A stretch of 64,000 nucleotides of DNA, taken from the IMG/VR virus record IMGVR_UViG_3300020182_000015; one strand, given 5' to 3'. Numbering within the stretch: the stretch's first letter is position 1; each line of letters opens with the position of its first letter. This document shows, piece after piece, positions 1 through 8,517 of the stretch. The position numbers and the translations under genes are program-made. A model generated the notes under the pieces. That model ran no database searches. It saw nothing but the letters and a program-made list of their open reading frames with translations, and was not told the origin of the DNA. Source of the stretch: an uncultured virus (IMG/VR IMGVR_UViG_3300020182_000015). Taxonomy: Duplodnaviria; Heunggongvirae; Uroviricota; Caudoviricetes.

Positions 1-168
1 GAATGTTATTTTGACGCCGAAGGCGTTGAACGTAAAAGCAATCTTTTATTTAAATTAAAAGAATTTTTGGATGGTATTTGGACATCCGGAGCAGCCGATC
101 CACTAACTGATCATTCAATTGATGGATATATAAGTAATATAGAAGCTAACTTGAAAAACAATTTATAA
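1..168 (+). CDS. 3' end of a hypothetical protein (partial, begins upstream of the window)
   Basis: Frame 1 is open from base 1 (ECYFDAEGVERKSNLLF...NLKNNL) to TAA at 166-168, just upstream of the endolysin RBS. Confidence 0.6.
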   Translation, partial: ECYFDAEGVERKSNLLFKLKEFLDGIWTSGAADPLTDHSIDGYISNIEANLKNNL

Positions 169-188
169 AATTGAAAAGGATATAAACC

Positions 189-1058
189 ATGAGTTTTGAA
201 TTACAAAAAGAACAACTTGCACAGCTAATTCCCGGTAATAAAGATATTGATTCTTGGTATGAAGCGTTAGTTGCTATAATGCCCAAATATGATATTACTA
301 CTGAACGACGGGCTGCGCATTTTATTTCTCAGTGTGCACATGAATCTAATAATTTCCGCTCATTATCAGAAAATTTAAACTATAGTGAAAAAGCGCTCAA
401 CGCAGTGTTTGGACGTTATTTTGGCTCAGCTCCACATAAACGCAATGCTGCTGATTATGCTCGTAATCCCGAAAAAATTGCTAATTATGTTTATATGGAT
501 GAATTCCGCAAATATAAAATGGGCAATGTTAATGAAGGTGATGGTTGGTTATTTCGGGGTCGTGGGCTTAAGCAATTAACTGGTCGCGAAAATTATACCA
601 AATTTGGCCGTAGCATTGGCATTAGTGCAGAAGAAGCTGCAATCTATGTAGCAACACCTAAGGGCGCTGTAGAGTCAGCGTGCTGGTTCTGGGATGCCAA
701 TAACCTCAATGCTATTGCAGATACTGATGACGTTGTGAAAATGACAAAAAAAATTAACGGCGGAAATATTGGTCTTGCGGATCGTCAAAGCAGATATTCA
801 AAAGCAATGGAAGTGTTTGGTAATCCGGTTTCACTTAGCGAAGATGCTGGTGATGATGATTTTGATGTAGATGATATCGGTGTGCTACGTAAAGGTTGCA
901 AGGGCGCAGGTGTTGGAATGATGCAAGAAGCTTTGGGTATTAGTGCGGATGGCGTATTTGGTCCAGGCACTGAGCGCGCATTAAAAGAATGGCAAGCCGC
1001 AAATGGCTTAACTGCTGATGGTATTGCTGGTCCAGCCACTTTAGCAGTACTCTTATAA
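189..1058 (+). CDS. Endolysin: glycoside hydrolase family 19 domain plus C-terminal peptidoglycan-binding domain
   Basis: AHFISQCAHES, FRGRGLKQLTGRENY, SACWFW and TKKINGG are GH19 motifs; C-terminal LRKG..G..V..MQEALGISADGVFGPGTERALKEWQ...ADGIAGPAT is PG_binding_1-like; AAGGA RBS. Confidence 0.92.
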   Translation: MSFELQKEQLAQLIPGNKDIDSWYEALVAIMPKYDITTERRAAHFISQCAHESNNFRSLSENLNYSEKALNAVFGRYFGSAPHKRNAADYARNPEKIANYVYMDEFRKYKMGNVNEGDGWLFRGRGLKQLTGRENYTKFGRSIGISAEEAAIYVATPKGAVESACWFWDANNLNAIADTDDVVKMTKKINGGNIGLADRQSRYSKAMEVFGNPVSLSEDAGDDDFDVDDIGVLRKGCKGAGVGMMQEALGISADGVFGPGTERALKEWQAANGLTADGIAGPATLAVLL

Positions 1059-1061
1059 TAG

Positions 1062-1098
1062 TAAAGTGGCCTGCAGAAATTGTGGGTCACTTTATTTT
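1062..1098 (+). terminator. Probable rho-independent terminator after the endolysin
   Basis: TAAAGTGGCCTGCA-GAAAT-TGTGGGTCACTTTA stem with G-U pairs, followed by TTTT. Confidence 0.65.
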
Positions 1099-1118
1099 CA
1101 TAAAAGTGAAATTAACTG

Positions 1119-1147
1119 TTTACATCCTGTATTTTATTTGTTATAAT
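1119..1147 (+). promoter_or_regulatory. Sigma70-type early promoter
   Basis: (G)TTTACA-17 bp-TATAAT with extended -10 TG; resembles the T4 early GTTTAC -35 box. Confidence 0.8.
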
Positions 1148-1173
1148 AAATTAAATCATATGAGGAAATTGCT

Positions 1174-1671
1174 ATGAAAAAATCACTTATACCATTGGCT
1201 GTTATAGCCAGTCTTGCAAGTACTGCGGCATTTGCAGTAACACGTTCAGCTAAAGTCTGGCATGTTGAAAAAATTACTCAAGTGCAAACATCATATCAAA
1301 ACCAAAAACAATGCTCATTACAAAATGTTCCAGTTTATCGCAATATTGAGTCTGGATCTAATAGCGGAGATGTTCTTGCTGGAATGATTCTTGGTGGATT
1401 GCTTGGTAAAGGTGTTAGCGGAAATGATAAAGGTGCCGCGGCCGGAGCAATTTTTGGCGCTGTTATTGCTGCAGATAAAACCAGTAATAAACGGGTTGTA
1501 TCTGGATATCGTTCAGAAACTGTATGTACTACAGTTAATGTTCCGGTAGAAACTCAATCATATACATATATTATTCATTGGAAGCGCCAGAATTTGCGTG
1601 GCTATATTTATTCAGATTCTTTTTATTCTGTTGGTGATACTGTCTATGTGGACGTTCCATATGGTCAATAA
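1174..1671 (+). CDS. Exported/membrane glycine-zipper 2TM protein
   Basis: N-terminal signal peptide ending AAFA; GMILGGLLGKGVSGNDKGAAAGAIFGAVIA glycine zipper; GAGGA RBS. Confidence 0.75.
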   Translation: MKKSLIPLAVIASLASTAAFAVTRSAKVWHVEKITQVQTSYQNQKQCSLQNVPVYRNIESGSNSGDVLAGMILGGLLGKGVSGNDKGAAAGAIFGAVIAADKTSNKRVVSGYRSETVCTTVNVPVETQSYTYIIHWKRQNLRGYIYSDSFYSVGDTVYVDVPYGQ

Positions 1672-1742
1672 AGAACCCAGAGAATCTTATTACGCGTATA
1701 TAATGCGTAAATACAGAGAAGAAGATGAAAAGGCTAAAAATA

Positions 1743-2003
1743 ATGAATGATTTATTTGATTTCGGATTTACTGCTGTTGACGAAGACGAATTGCAGGCAG
1801 TACAAGAATTGCAGGCGACCACCCAATCAGTATCAGCTAACGCACAAAGTACACAAGAAAAATTAGACGCATTATATAATGCAATTATTCCGCTTTTAAA
1901 TAATTTAAAAGCAAATCCCGAAAAAGAATATATTCTTTGGCCTAATAGATTGGCAAAAGTTGAAGCATTTGAAACAAAATTAACCGGAATTTATAAAGCA
2001 TGA
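1743..2003 (+). CDS. Hypothetical phage protein
   Basis: ORF 1725-2003, start chosen at MNDLFDFGFTAVDEDEL; stop overlaps next start (ATGA). Confidence 0.7.
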   Translation: MNDLFDFGFTAVDEDELQAVQELQATTQSVSANAQSTQEKLDALYNAIIPLLNNLKANPEKEYILWPNRLAKVEAFETKLTGIYKA

Positions 2004-2365
2004 AAAAATATAATAGAGATTATATTATAAGCGATGAGAACTGTGCTCGGCTTGAAAGTGGCGAAATTAAAGTAAAATGCCAATGGATGGAAAATAACCG
2101 TATTTTAGTTAATCCGGATGGTGGAGTATTGCCATGTTGTTATCTTGGTAATAGTGAATACCGTACCCAATTTGCGGATTGGCAAGTCGGGCATCTTATG
2201 AATGAGTATAAAAAAAATGCTCATGATTTAAATATTAAAAACAAACCACTCGAAGAAATTGTTGAACATGAGTGGTTTACTAAAACACTTCCAGAATCAT
2301 GGAAAAATGGTGAAAACGTTGCTGAGCAATGTATTCGCTTTTGTCTTTTTGACGAAGAAAAATAA
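2000..2365 (+). CDS. Stand-alone SPASM/twitch-like iron-sulfur domain protein
   Basis: C...RILVNPDGGVLPCC...LNIKNKPLEEIVEHEWF...CIRFC pattern typical of radical SAM C-terminal SPASM/twitch domains. Confidence 0.72.
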   Translation: MKKYNRDYIISDENCARLESGEIKVKCQWMENNRILVNPDGGVLPCCYLGNSEYRTQFADWQVGHLMNEYKKNAHDLNIKNKPLEEIVEHEWFTKTLPESWKNGENVAEQCIRFCLFDEEK

Positions 2366-2366
2366 T

Positions 2367-2567
2367 ATGAGTTTTATATGTTTTGAAAATATGGCCGAAG
2401 GTAGAGTTGGAGATAAGATATATCTTAATTCTGACCATATTATGGCAATTTATACTGATAATGTTGAAAATATGTCATGTACCAGAATTTTTACCTCAAA
2501 TGGATCAACATATCATATAGCCGAAAGCCAAGAATTAGTAGTAAAATTACTTAATGGATTAACTTAA
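2367..2567 (+). CDS. Small hypothetical protein, FlbD-like
   Basis: IYLNSDHIMAI...TRIFTSNGSTYHIAESQELVVKLL resembles the FlbD family pattern; ATG 2367 is in frame with track ORF 2259-2567. Confidence 0.55.
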   Translation: MSFICFENMAEGRVGDKIYLNSDHIMAIYTDNVENMSCTRIFTSNGSTYHIAESQELVVKLLNGLT

Positions 2568-2569
2568 TT

Positions 2570-3043
2570 ATGATTAGAGCAATTCTAGCCCACGATAAAC
2601 ATTGGGGAATTGGCAAAAATAATGATTTGCCGTGGCCTAAAAATAGTGAAGATTTAAAATGGTTTAAAGAATCCACTAATGGTTCTACTGTTGTTATGGG
2701 TAGGTCTACTTGGGAAAGTTTACCATTTAAACCGCTATCTAATAGACATAACATAGTAGTGTCCTCTAAAATGAAAATACAGTACGGTGTAGAAATTATA
2801 CGCCCGGATATTTACAAATCAAGAATGAATACAATATCTCAATATGAAGATGTTTGGATTATTGGTGGATCACAACTAGTAAATAGTTCATTAGATATTA
2901 TTGATGAGTTATGGCTAAATAATGTTGGCAAAAATTATAATTGTGATGTTCATTTACCAAAAGCAGAAATTTTTAAATTATTTGAACCTCGAAAAATCAG
3001 TATTACACCATTCGGAACAATTACCAAATGGGCAAAAAAGTAA
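2570..3043 (+). CDS. frd: Dihydrofolate reductase
   Basis: GIGKNNDLPWP, DLKWFK, VVMGRSTWESLP, PLSNRHNIVVS and WIIGG motifs. Confidence 0.96.
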   Translation: MIRAILAHDKHWGIGKNNDLPWPKNSEDLKWFKESTNGSTVVMGRSTWESLPFKPLSNRHNIVVSSKMKIQYGVEIIRPDIYKSRMNTISQYEDVWIIGGSQLVNSSLDIIDELWLNNVGKNYNCDVHLPKAEIFKLFEPRKISITPFGTITKWAKK

Positions 3044-3044
3044 T

Positions 3045-3341
3045 ATGTCTCTTGAACAATTTATGCACAATACTCCCAAACAAAAAACTGAAATTGAATT
3101 TCAAACTTGGTTGCGTATTAAATTAAGCATTGCTGCATATGCTTATGAATTTAAAAATTCTGAAATTATGTCAGATGCAGAATTTGATAAAAAATGTTTA
3201 CAAGTAGATACTTCAATAAAAACTACTAATAAAAAATTAGATACATTTTTTAAAAAAGAATTTAATGCTAGTACCGGTCAATGGATTCATAAACATCCCG
3301 AGCTAGATAAAATTAAAAAATTATATAAAACATATTACTGA
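3045..3341 (+). CDS. Small protein resembling the N-terminal subdomain Ia of NAD-dependent DNA ligase
   Basis: AYAYEFKNSEIMSDAEFD resembles LigA YY..D.P.ISDAEYD; no adenylation domain; ATG 3045 in frame with track ORF. Confidence 0.55.
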   Translation: MSLEQFMHNTPKQKTEIEFQTWLRIKLSIAAYAYEFKNSEIMSDAEFDKKCLQVDTSIKTTNKKLDTFFKKEFNASTGQWIHKHPELDKIKKLYKTYY

Positions 3342-3391
3342 TACAAAAATGTCTCAGTTAAAATAAAATACAAATAAAATGTATTTTAGTG

Positions 3392-3420
3392 TTTACATTC
3401 CTGTTTTTGCATGTTATATT
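3392..3420 (+). promoter_or_regulatory. Sigma70-type early promoter
   Basis: (G)TTTACA-17 bp-TATATT with extended TG. Confidence 0.8.
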
Positions 3421-3445
3421 CTATGTAACATATAGAGGAATTACT

Positions 3446-3784
3446 ATGATTACTATTCACCAAATACAGCTCACTCCAACAGAAATTGATGCAATAAATC
3501 GCAACGAGACTGTTCCAAAGTTTGATGCCAAAATGCAGTTGCAATTTGGTGATGCCGAACGGGTTCAAGCTAATTATTTCTCAGAGTTTTATACTGCGGC
3601 ATATGAAGTTGAAACAGAAAATCTTGAAGAAGCATTTGAATGGACTAATCTTTGGAACAATCAGCGGTATGTTGATGTTTTAGGTGATAACGGAACATCT
3701 TCTTCGGTTGGTGATATTTTTGAATTAAATGGAGAATTTTTCTTATGTGCCGGTATGGGATTTAAAAAAATTGAAGGAATATAA
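3446..3784 (+). CDS. Early hypothetical protein with YodL-like C-terminal motif
   Basis: GAGGA RBS before ATG 3446; LEEAFEWTN...SSSVGDIFELNGEFFLCAGMGF. Confidence 0.6.
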   Translation: MITIHQIQLTPTEIDAINRNETVPKFDAKMQLQFGDAERVQANYFSEFYTAAYEVETENLEEAFEWTNLWNNQRYVDVLGDNGTSSSVGDIFELNGEFFLCAGMGFKKIEGI

Positions 3785-3786
3785 TT

Positions 3787-4008
3787 ATGACCAAGTATGA
3801 AGTTAAAGCTTATGCCAAAGAAAACGGTAATTATGAAATGATTGAATGGGCAACTGGAATTTCTGCCACTTCAGTTCAACATTATTATAATAGGTTGCAA
3901 AACCCAAATGAAAAGTTTTCAATGATTAATGTAATACGTATGGAAGAAAAAAGCTTTGCTGCGAATGCAATTGCGGTCAAAACGGAGGTCTATGCGCGCA
4001 ATTTTTGA
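3787..4008 (+). CDS. Early hypothetical protein
   Basis: 73 aa ORF with AAGGA RBS, tightly packed behind previous gene. Confidence 0.7.
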   Translation: MTKYEVKAYAKENGNYEMIEWATGISATSVQHYYNRLQNPNEKFSMINVIRMEEKSFAANAIAVKTEVYARNF

Positions 4009-4052
4009 AAAACTTTTTTACAATAAATGAAAATAGTTAAAGGGTATATATT

Positions 4053-4319
4053 ATGAAGAAAGAATTATACACTTATAATGGTGTTGAATTTGATCTTACG
4101 TGGTCGGATAGTAATGAGATGATTCGTCATGGTGGCCCATTTGATCGGGGTGGCGCTGATAGTTATTATCATCGCGCATATAATCCACATTGGTGGCCAT
4201 ATGGTACTAATAATGGTGAATGTATTACGTGGCATAATATGTCAAATGACGAAATCTTACAATATACTGCTGGTTATGAACGTAATGAAGAACTCGGAGA
4301 TAAAAAAGATTGGGGTTAA
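4053..4319 (+). CDS. Early hypothetical phage protein
   Basis: 88 aa ORF, RHGGPFDRGGADSYYHR motif, AAGGG RBS. Confidence 0.75.
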   Translation: MKKELYTYNGVEFDLTWSDSNEMIRHGGPFDRGGADSYYHRAYNPHWWPYGTNNGECITWHNMSNDEILQYTAGYERNEELGDKKDWG

Positions 4320-4353
4320 TTGAAATTAATTTCGATTAATTGCATTTTAGGGG

Positions 4354-4382
4354 TTTACATTCCCTTTCTTATATGCTATAAA
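4354..4382 (+). promoter_or_regulatory. Sigma70-type early promoter
   Basis: (G)TTTACA-17 bp-TATAAA with extended TG. Confidence 0.78.
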
Positions 4383-4417
4383 GATGTATAAATGAAACTA
4401 ACTAAGGAACTTATAAC

Positions 4418-4708
4418 ATGATCGCAAAAACTCAAGCAGAGCGGATTGACCTTATTAAGCAAATTGCTACTCGTCGTAAAGAAGCCGTTGCGCGCGCAGC
4501 TCGCATGGAAATTATTAAGAAAAAATCTGCGGCCGCTCGTCGTGCTATGCTAAATGCTCGGGCTGTACGTACAGAATCAAGTCTTGAAAAAGAAATAAAT
4601 AAACCAACTATTAATATTAATCAATATACAGATGCACCGAAATATGCAAAAGAATATTATGGTGAAGTTTTGTATGAAACAACAAGGTTTGACAATGACT
4701 GGGATTAA
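4418..4708 (+). CDS. Basic early hypothetical protein
   Basis: TAAGGA RBS; Arg/Ala/Lys-rich helical N-half. Confidence 0.75.
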   Translation: MIAKTQAERIDLIKQIATRRKEAVARAARMEIIKKKSAAARRAMLNARAVRTESSLEKEINKPTININQYTDAPKYAKEYYGEVLYETTRFDNDWD

Positions 4709-4841
4709 TCCAAAACATCTTGAAATAAAAATGTATGCTATAAATGATCTTGTGTCTTCACTGAGGCACGAGGTCGATTTACTTAATGCCGAAATTAATA
4801 CAATAAAAACATTAATTAAAGAAAAACGTGACGATGTTTAG
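4695..4841 (+). CDS. Small coiled-coil hypothetical protein
   Basis: Fills the gap between neighbours with overlaps at both ends; start uncertain. Confidence 0.45.
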   Translation: MTGINPKHLEIKMYAINDLVSSLRHEVDLLNAEINTIKTLIKEKRDDV

Positions 4842-5073
4842 TATTGAAGAAGAATTTGATGCAAGTGTTATTACTATTGTTGATAATGATGCAAAATATG
4901 AAGATTTTCAAATTATAGTTAGTGATGATGTAGTTTTTTTCCGTCAATGGAATGAAATCTATAATCGTCATGAAGTAATCCAAATATCTCCGCATATGTT
5001 TAATGAATTATTTGTTTCGATGAATCATACCGAAGGATTGTATTTAACATCACCTAAAAACGTTAATAAATAA
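4834..5073 (+). CDS. Hypothetical phage protein
   Basis: Acidic ORF MFSIEEEFDASVITIVD. Confidence 0.7.
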   Translation: MFSIEEEFDASVITIVDNDAKYEDFQIIVSDDVVFFRQWNEIYNRHEVIQISPHMFNELFVSMNHTEGLYLTSPKNVNK

Positions 5074-5104
5074 CAGTATTGATGCATTATAAGGAAATAA
5101 TATT

Positions 5105-5932
5105 ATGCCAACATATAGCGATATTTTAAAAAACAATAAACTCCAGGTATTTTTAGATATTTCTACATTTTGTAATGCGGGTTGCCCGCAATGCCATAGA
5201 GTTGATAATAAAAGTGGTGGATTAGGTAAAATTGATTGGCTACCACTTGTACAATGGACGCTAGATGAATTTAAAGCTGCATATCCACCGCATATTATTT
5301 CTATGATTAATGTATGGGAAATTTGTGGCACATGGGGTGATCCCTTTATGGCAAAAGACATTGCTAAAATAATACAATATATTTATGAATGTAAGACTGA
5401 CGCTAATATTAGAATTGATACCAATGGCAGTTTAAGAAGTGTTATATGGTGGAAAGAACTTGGTCTTATAGCTAAAAAATATGTTGGTCGCCATCCATTG
5501 CGGATTAGTTTTGCAATCGAGGGCGTTAATCAAGAAATGCAAAATATGTATAGACGCAAAACAATTTTATCCAAAATTTTAGCTAATATGCAAGCATTAG
5601 CTGAGGCTGGCGGTAAAGCAGTTGAAATTGATCATAAAACAGTTATTCACAAACATAACCAGGATCATCTTGACGATATTGCATTATTGTCTGAAGAGTA
5701 TGGTGCTACAACCCATACGTATATTGAATCTAACCGCTTTGAAAATGGTACAGAATATCCTTTTATTGATGAACATGGCAATCCCGCCGTATTAGAACAA
5801 GCCTCGAACTATGCTATGCCAACGATTGGTATTCATGGTGTGCGCGGTGTAACCGGCGGAGATTGGAAAAATCGAGATAGATTTGCAAAACTTAGACAAG
5901 AAATTTCTGAAATAGATGTATCAGCGGAATAA
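5105..5932 (+). CDS. Radical SAM enzyme without a C-terminal SPASM domain
   Basis: CNAGCPQC (CxxxCxxC), CGTWGDP, DTNGS, FAIEG motifs; TAAGGA RBS. Confidence 0.9.
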   Translation: MPTYSDILKNNKLQVFLDISTFCNAGCPQCHRVDNKSGGLGKIDWLPLVQWTLDEFKAAYPPHIISMINVWEICGTWGDPFMAKDIAKIIQYIYECKTDANIRIDTNGSLRSVIWWKELGLIAKKYVGRHPLRISFAIEGVNQEMQNMYRRKTILSKILANMQALAEAGGKAVEIDHKTVIHKHNQDHLDDIALLSEEYGATTHTYIESNRFENGTEYPFIDEHGNPAVLEQASNYAMPTIGIHGVRGVTGGDWKNRDRFAKLRQEISEIDVSAE

Positions 5933-5940
5933 CAATTAAT

Positions 5941-6792
5941 ATGAAAAAACTAATTTTTAGCATATATTATGATGATGCTAATAATCCAGATAGACGCATG
6001 CATAATTATGTCGAATTATTGCAAAATAATCATAAAGAATACGCTAACTGCATTGATGCAGAATACATTTCAGTAATACCCGGGGATGATTTCAAAGAAT
6101 TTTGTAATGAATTAACCCTTCTTGGAATGTACGAAGATGTATATCAAGCATTACAGCATTATAAGCACAAACTAATATATGATTTTAGTGCCATTTATGA
6201 TTATATTTTATACATAGATTTGGATATTTTTATACAAAATAAGAAAAATATTTTTGATTTTATAGATGAAAATAGCGAAACTGTTTATGTGCATGGATTT
6301 GAAGATGATTTAGCATCAAATGTACAATCATTAATTAAAACTGGCACACTTTCATATATTCCAAATAAAAGAAGTATTTCTACTAAAAAAGCATTAATGA
6401 ATACTTTGTGTAAAACTCTCCATAGAAGTAATGATCAATATCCAAAATATGTAATTAATACTGGGGTTATACTTTTAAATAAAAAAACTATACAAAAACT
6501 AAATTATATGAAAAATTTAAAAGAAACAAAACGTTTAATTGACATATCAAAAAATAGTAATTTGATGGAACATTATGCGGATTATATCATAATAAATTAT
6601 AGCTATAATAATGAGTCAATTTTTTCTTTTCTTTTACATAAATATTTTATAGATATTATTTTCATAGGAGAAACATGGAATTATCCATATAATCATAGAA
6701 ATATGAATAACCCTATACCATCCCATTGCAACTTCATTCATTTAATTAATAAAAAATTTGAAACAGTTTTTAATAAGGAGTCTACATGTTAG
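5941..6792 (+). CDS. GT-A fold glycosyltransferase
   Basis: YILYIDLD (DxD), INTGVILL, NNESIFS, WN and IHLINKKF; paralog of 39549-40439. Confidence 0.8.
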   Translation: MKKLIFSIYYDDANNPDRRMHNYVELLQNNHKEYANCIDAEYISVIPGDDFKEFCNELTLLGMYEDVYQALQHYKHKLIYDFSAIYDYILYIDLDIFIQNKKNIFDFIDENSETVYVHGFEDDLASNVQSLIKTGTLSYIPNKRSISTKKALMNTLCKTLHRSNDQYPKYVINTGVILLNKKTIQKLNYMKNLKETKRLIDISKNSNLMEHYADYIIINYSYNNESIFSFLLHKYFIDIIFIGETWNYPYNHRNMNNPIPSHCNFIHLINKKFETVFNKESTC

Positions 6793-7028
6793 ATATTAAT
6801 TTTTCTATGGATATATCAGTATTTTTCTTAGCTTTAATTACTATAGGTCTTGCAGCATTTACTGGATATGTTTGGGCCAAAAGAGATCAGAGCGATAATA
6901 TTGAAGAAATTATTAATAACACAATTATTTATTTAGCAAGTAATAATTGTATCAAATATACCCGTGATGCCTATGGTGAGATTGATGAAATCATGGCGTT
7001 AGATGATGATGAAAATAAAATAAAATAA
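6786..7028 (+). CDS. Small single-pass membrane protein
   Basis: Hydrophobic VFFLALITIGLAAFTGYVW; TAAGGAG RBS. Confidence 0.7.
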   Translation: MLDINFSMDISVFFLALITIGLAAFTGYVWAKRDQSDNIEEIINNTIIYLASNNCIKYTRDAYGEIDEIMALDDDENKIK

Positions 7029-7031
7029 ACG

Positions 7032-7060
7032 TTTACATTTTATTTAAATTATGTTATTAT
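7032..7060 (+). promoter_or_regulatory. Sigma70-type early promoter
   Basis: (G)TTTACA-17 bp-TATTAT with extended TG. Confidence 0.72.
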
Positions 7061-7091
7061 ATATTATGAACAAAATAAATGAGGGTTTATT

Positions 7092-8195
7092 ATGGCTAAA
7101 AAAGCAAAAGTTAAAAAAGTATATTCGCGTAAAGCTAGTACTGGAATTGCAGCCGCACCGGTAGACACCTTTCATAATTTTAATGAATATCTTCGCTGTG
7201 AAGTAGATAAAAAAGAAATCATTTATACAGTTAAACGGTATTTGAAAGAAAATTTGTCTAAAGAAGATTATAAACTCGCAATGAAAGCGCCAGAATGGTC
7301 ATTTAATAATACTGCATTAGCTGCAACTATCGCCTGGCAATCCGCTAATAGAGAGCTTCCTTTAAAATGGAATGCCACTAAACTATTTGAAAAATATTTG
7401 GCAGACTATGTAAATCGCGGCACAAAAGCTATATCTAACGAATCAGATAGCGGTTCAATACCAATCACTAAAAAAACTATTAGTGAGATTTTAAAAGAAA
7501 AAACATCGGACTTTATTGCAGATATTGAGGCAGTGGTTGATGATTGGGAAACCCAATCCGAATATTCATTATTTACTCAATTAAAAGCTGCTGATGCTGC
7601 AGGCATTACTGCAAAACATATATTAGATTATTATACTCCTCAAAAAGAAGAAATTGCTGAACTTGTTAATAAAAAAAGCGAAGATTTAGTTGAGGCTTAT
7701 TCTTATATGCCAGTTAAAACCCGGAAAAAATATTTAGAATTTTTTACAACTCTTGTTGATGATGCAGAAAAGTATTTAGCTTCAAAGAAAGCAACACGTA
7801 AAGCCCGAAAGCCAAAAGTAAAATCTGCATATAAACAAGTAGAAAAACTAACCTATCAAAAAGAAGATACTACCTTTAAAATATCTTCAATTGATCCTTC
7901 AATGATAGTTGGGGCAAGACGCATATATGTATTTAATACTAAATATAAAAAACTAACCGAATTAGTTTCAGATAGACCTAATGGATTTGAAGTATCTGGT
8001 TCTACAATCCGTGGAATTGATGTTGAGCTTTCACGCTGTACAACATTGCGTAAACCAGCCGAATTCTTAAATATTGTTTTAAAGAAAACTATTAATCAGA
8101 TTAATAAAGAATGGTCTAATTTAACTACCAAAAATAGTGCGGCAAATGGCCGTATGAATAATGCAACACTTATATTGAGGGCTTTAGATAAATGA
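7092..8195 (+). CDS. Conserved hypothetical T4-like phage protein
   Basis: 367 aa, RKARKPKVKS...VFNTKYKKL...TLRKP...NGRMN; lies immediately upstream of gp33. Confidence 0.75.
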   Translation: MAKKAKVKKVYSRKASTGIAAAPVDTFHNFNEYLRCEVDKKEIIYTVKRYLKENLSKEDYKLAMKAPEWSFNNTALAATIAWQSANRELPLKWNATKLFEKYLADYVNRGTKAISNESDSGSIPITKKTISEILKEKTSDFIADIEAVVDDWETQSEYSLFTQLKAADAAGITAKHILDYYTPQKEEIAELVNKKSEDLVEAYSYMPVKTRKKYLEFFTTLVDDAEKYLASKKATRKARKPKVKSAYKQVEKLTYQKEDTTFKISSIDPSMIVGARRIYVFNTKYKKLTELVSDRPNGFEVSGSTIRGIDVELSRCTTLRKPAEFLNIVLKKTINQINKEWSNLTTKNSAANGRMNNATLILRALDK

Positions 8196-8437
8196 TTGAT
8201 AAACCAATTATTGATAAAGAATTTATGAATAAATCTAAATTTACTAAAATTATTGAAAAGCATGCAATTCAAAAAAAATTAACTTGGATTGATGCTATTG
8301 TAGAAGCTTGTAAAGAAACAGGCATTGACCCAGAAGATGTAAAAAAATATATCTCACCGGTTATTAAAGAAAAAGTAGAAGCTGAAGCACAATCTTTAAA
8401 CTTTTTACCAAAACAAAACGCACTTATCTTTGAATAA
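8192..8437 (+). CDS. 33: Late transcription coactivator gp33
   Basis: FTKIIEK...WIDAIVEACKETGIDPEDVKKYISPVIKEKVEAEAQSLNFLPK; adjacent to gp32. Confidence 0.9.
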   Translation: MIDKPIIDKEFMNKSKFTKIIEKHAIQKKLTWIDAIVEACKETGIDPEDVKKYISPVIKEKVEAEAQSLNFLPKQNALIFE

Positions 8438-8438
8438 T

Positions 8439-8480
8439 TATAAATAAAGCGTGTACATTGTGACACAAACATACTATAAT
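8439..8480 (+). promoter_or_regulatory. Tandem late (TATAAATA, 8439-8446) and sigma70-type (TGTACA-17-TATAAT, 8452-8480) promoters for gene 32
   Basis: Both motifs read directly in the 33-32 intergenic region. Confidence 0.75.
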
Positions 8481-8517
8481 AATACAGTTAATACTACAGA
8501 CATATGGAGAAATATTA

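Noticed and set aside
4017..4045. Possible early promoter at the TTTACA near 4017
   Set aside because: No -10 hexamer at 16-18 bp spacing
8481..8517. Gene 32 autoregulatory leader (short AATAC/TACAG repeats)
   Set aside because: Too short and AT-rich to support; no pseudoknot evident
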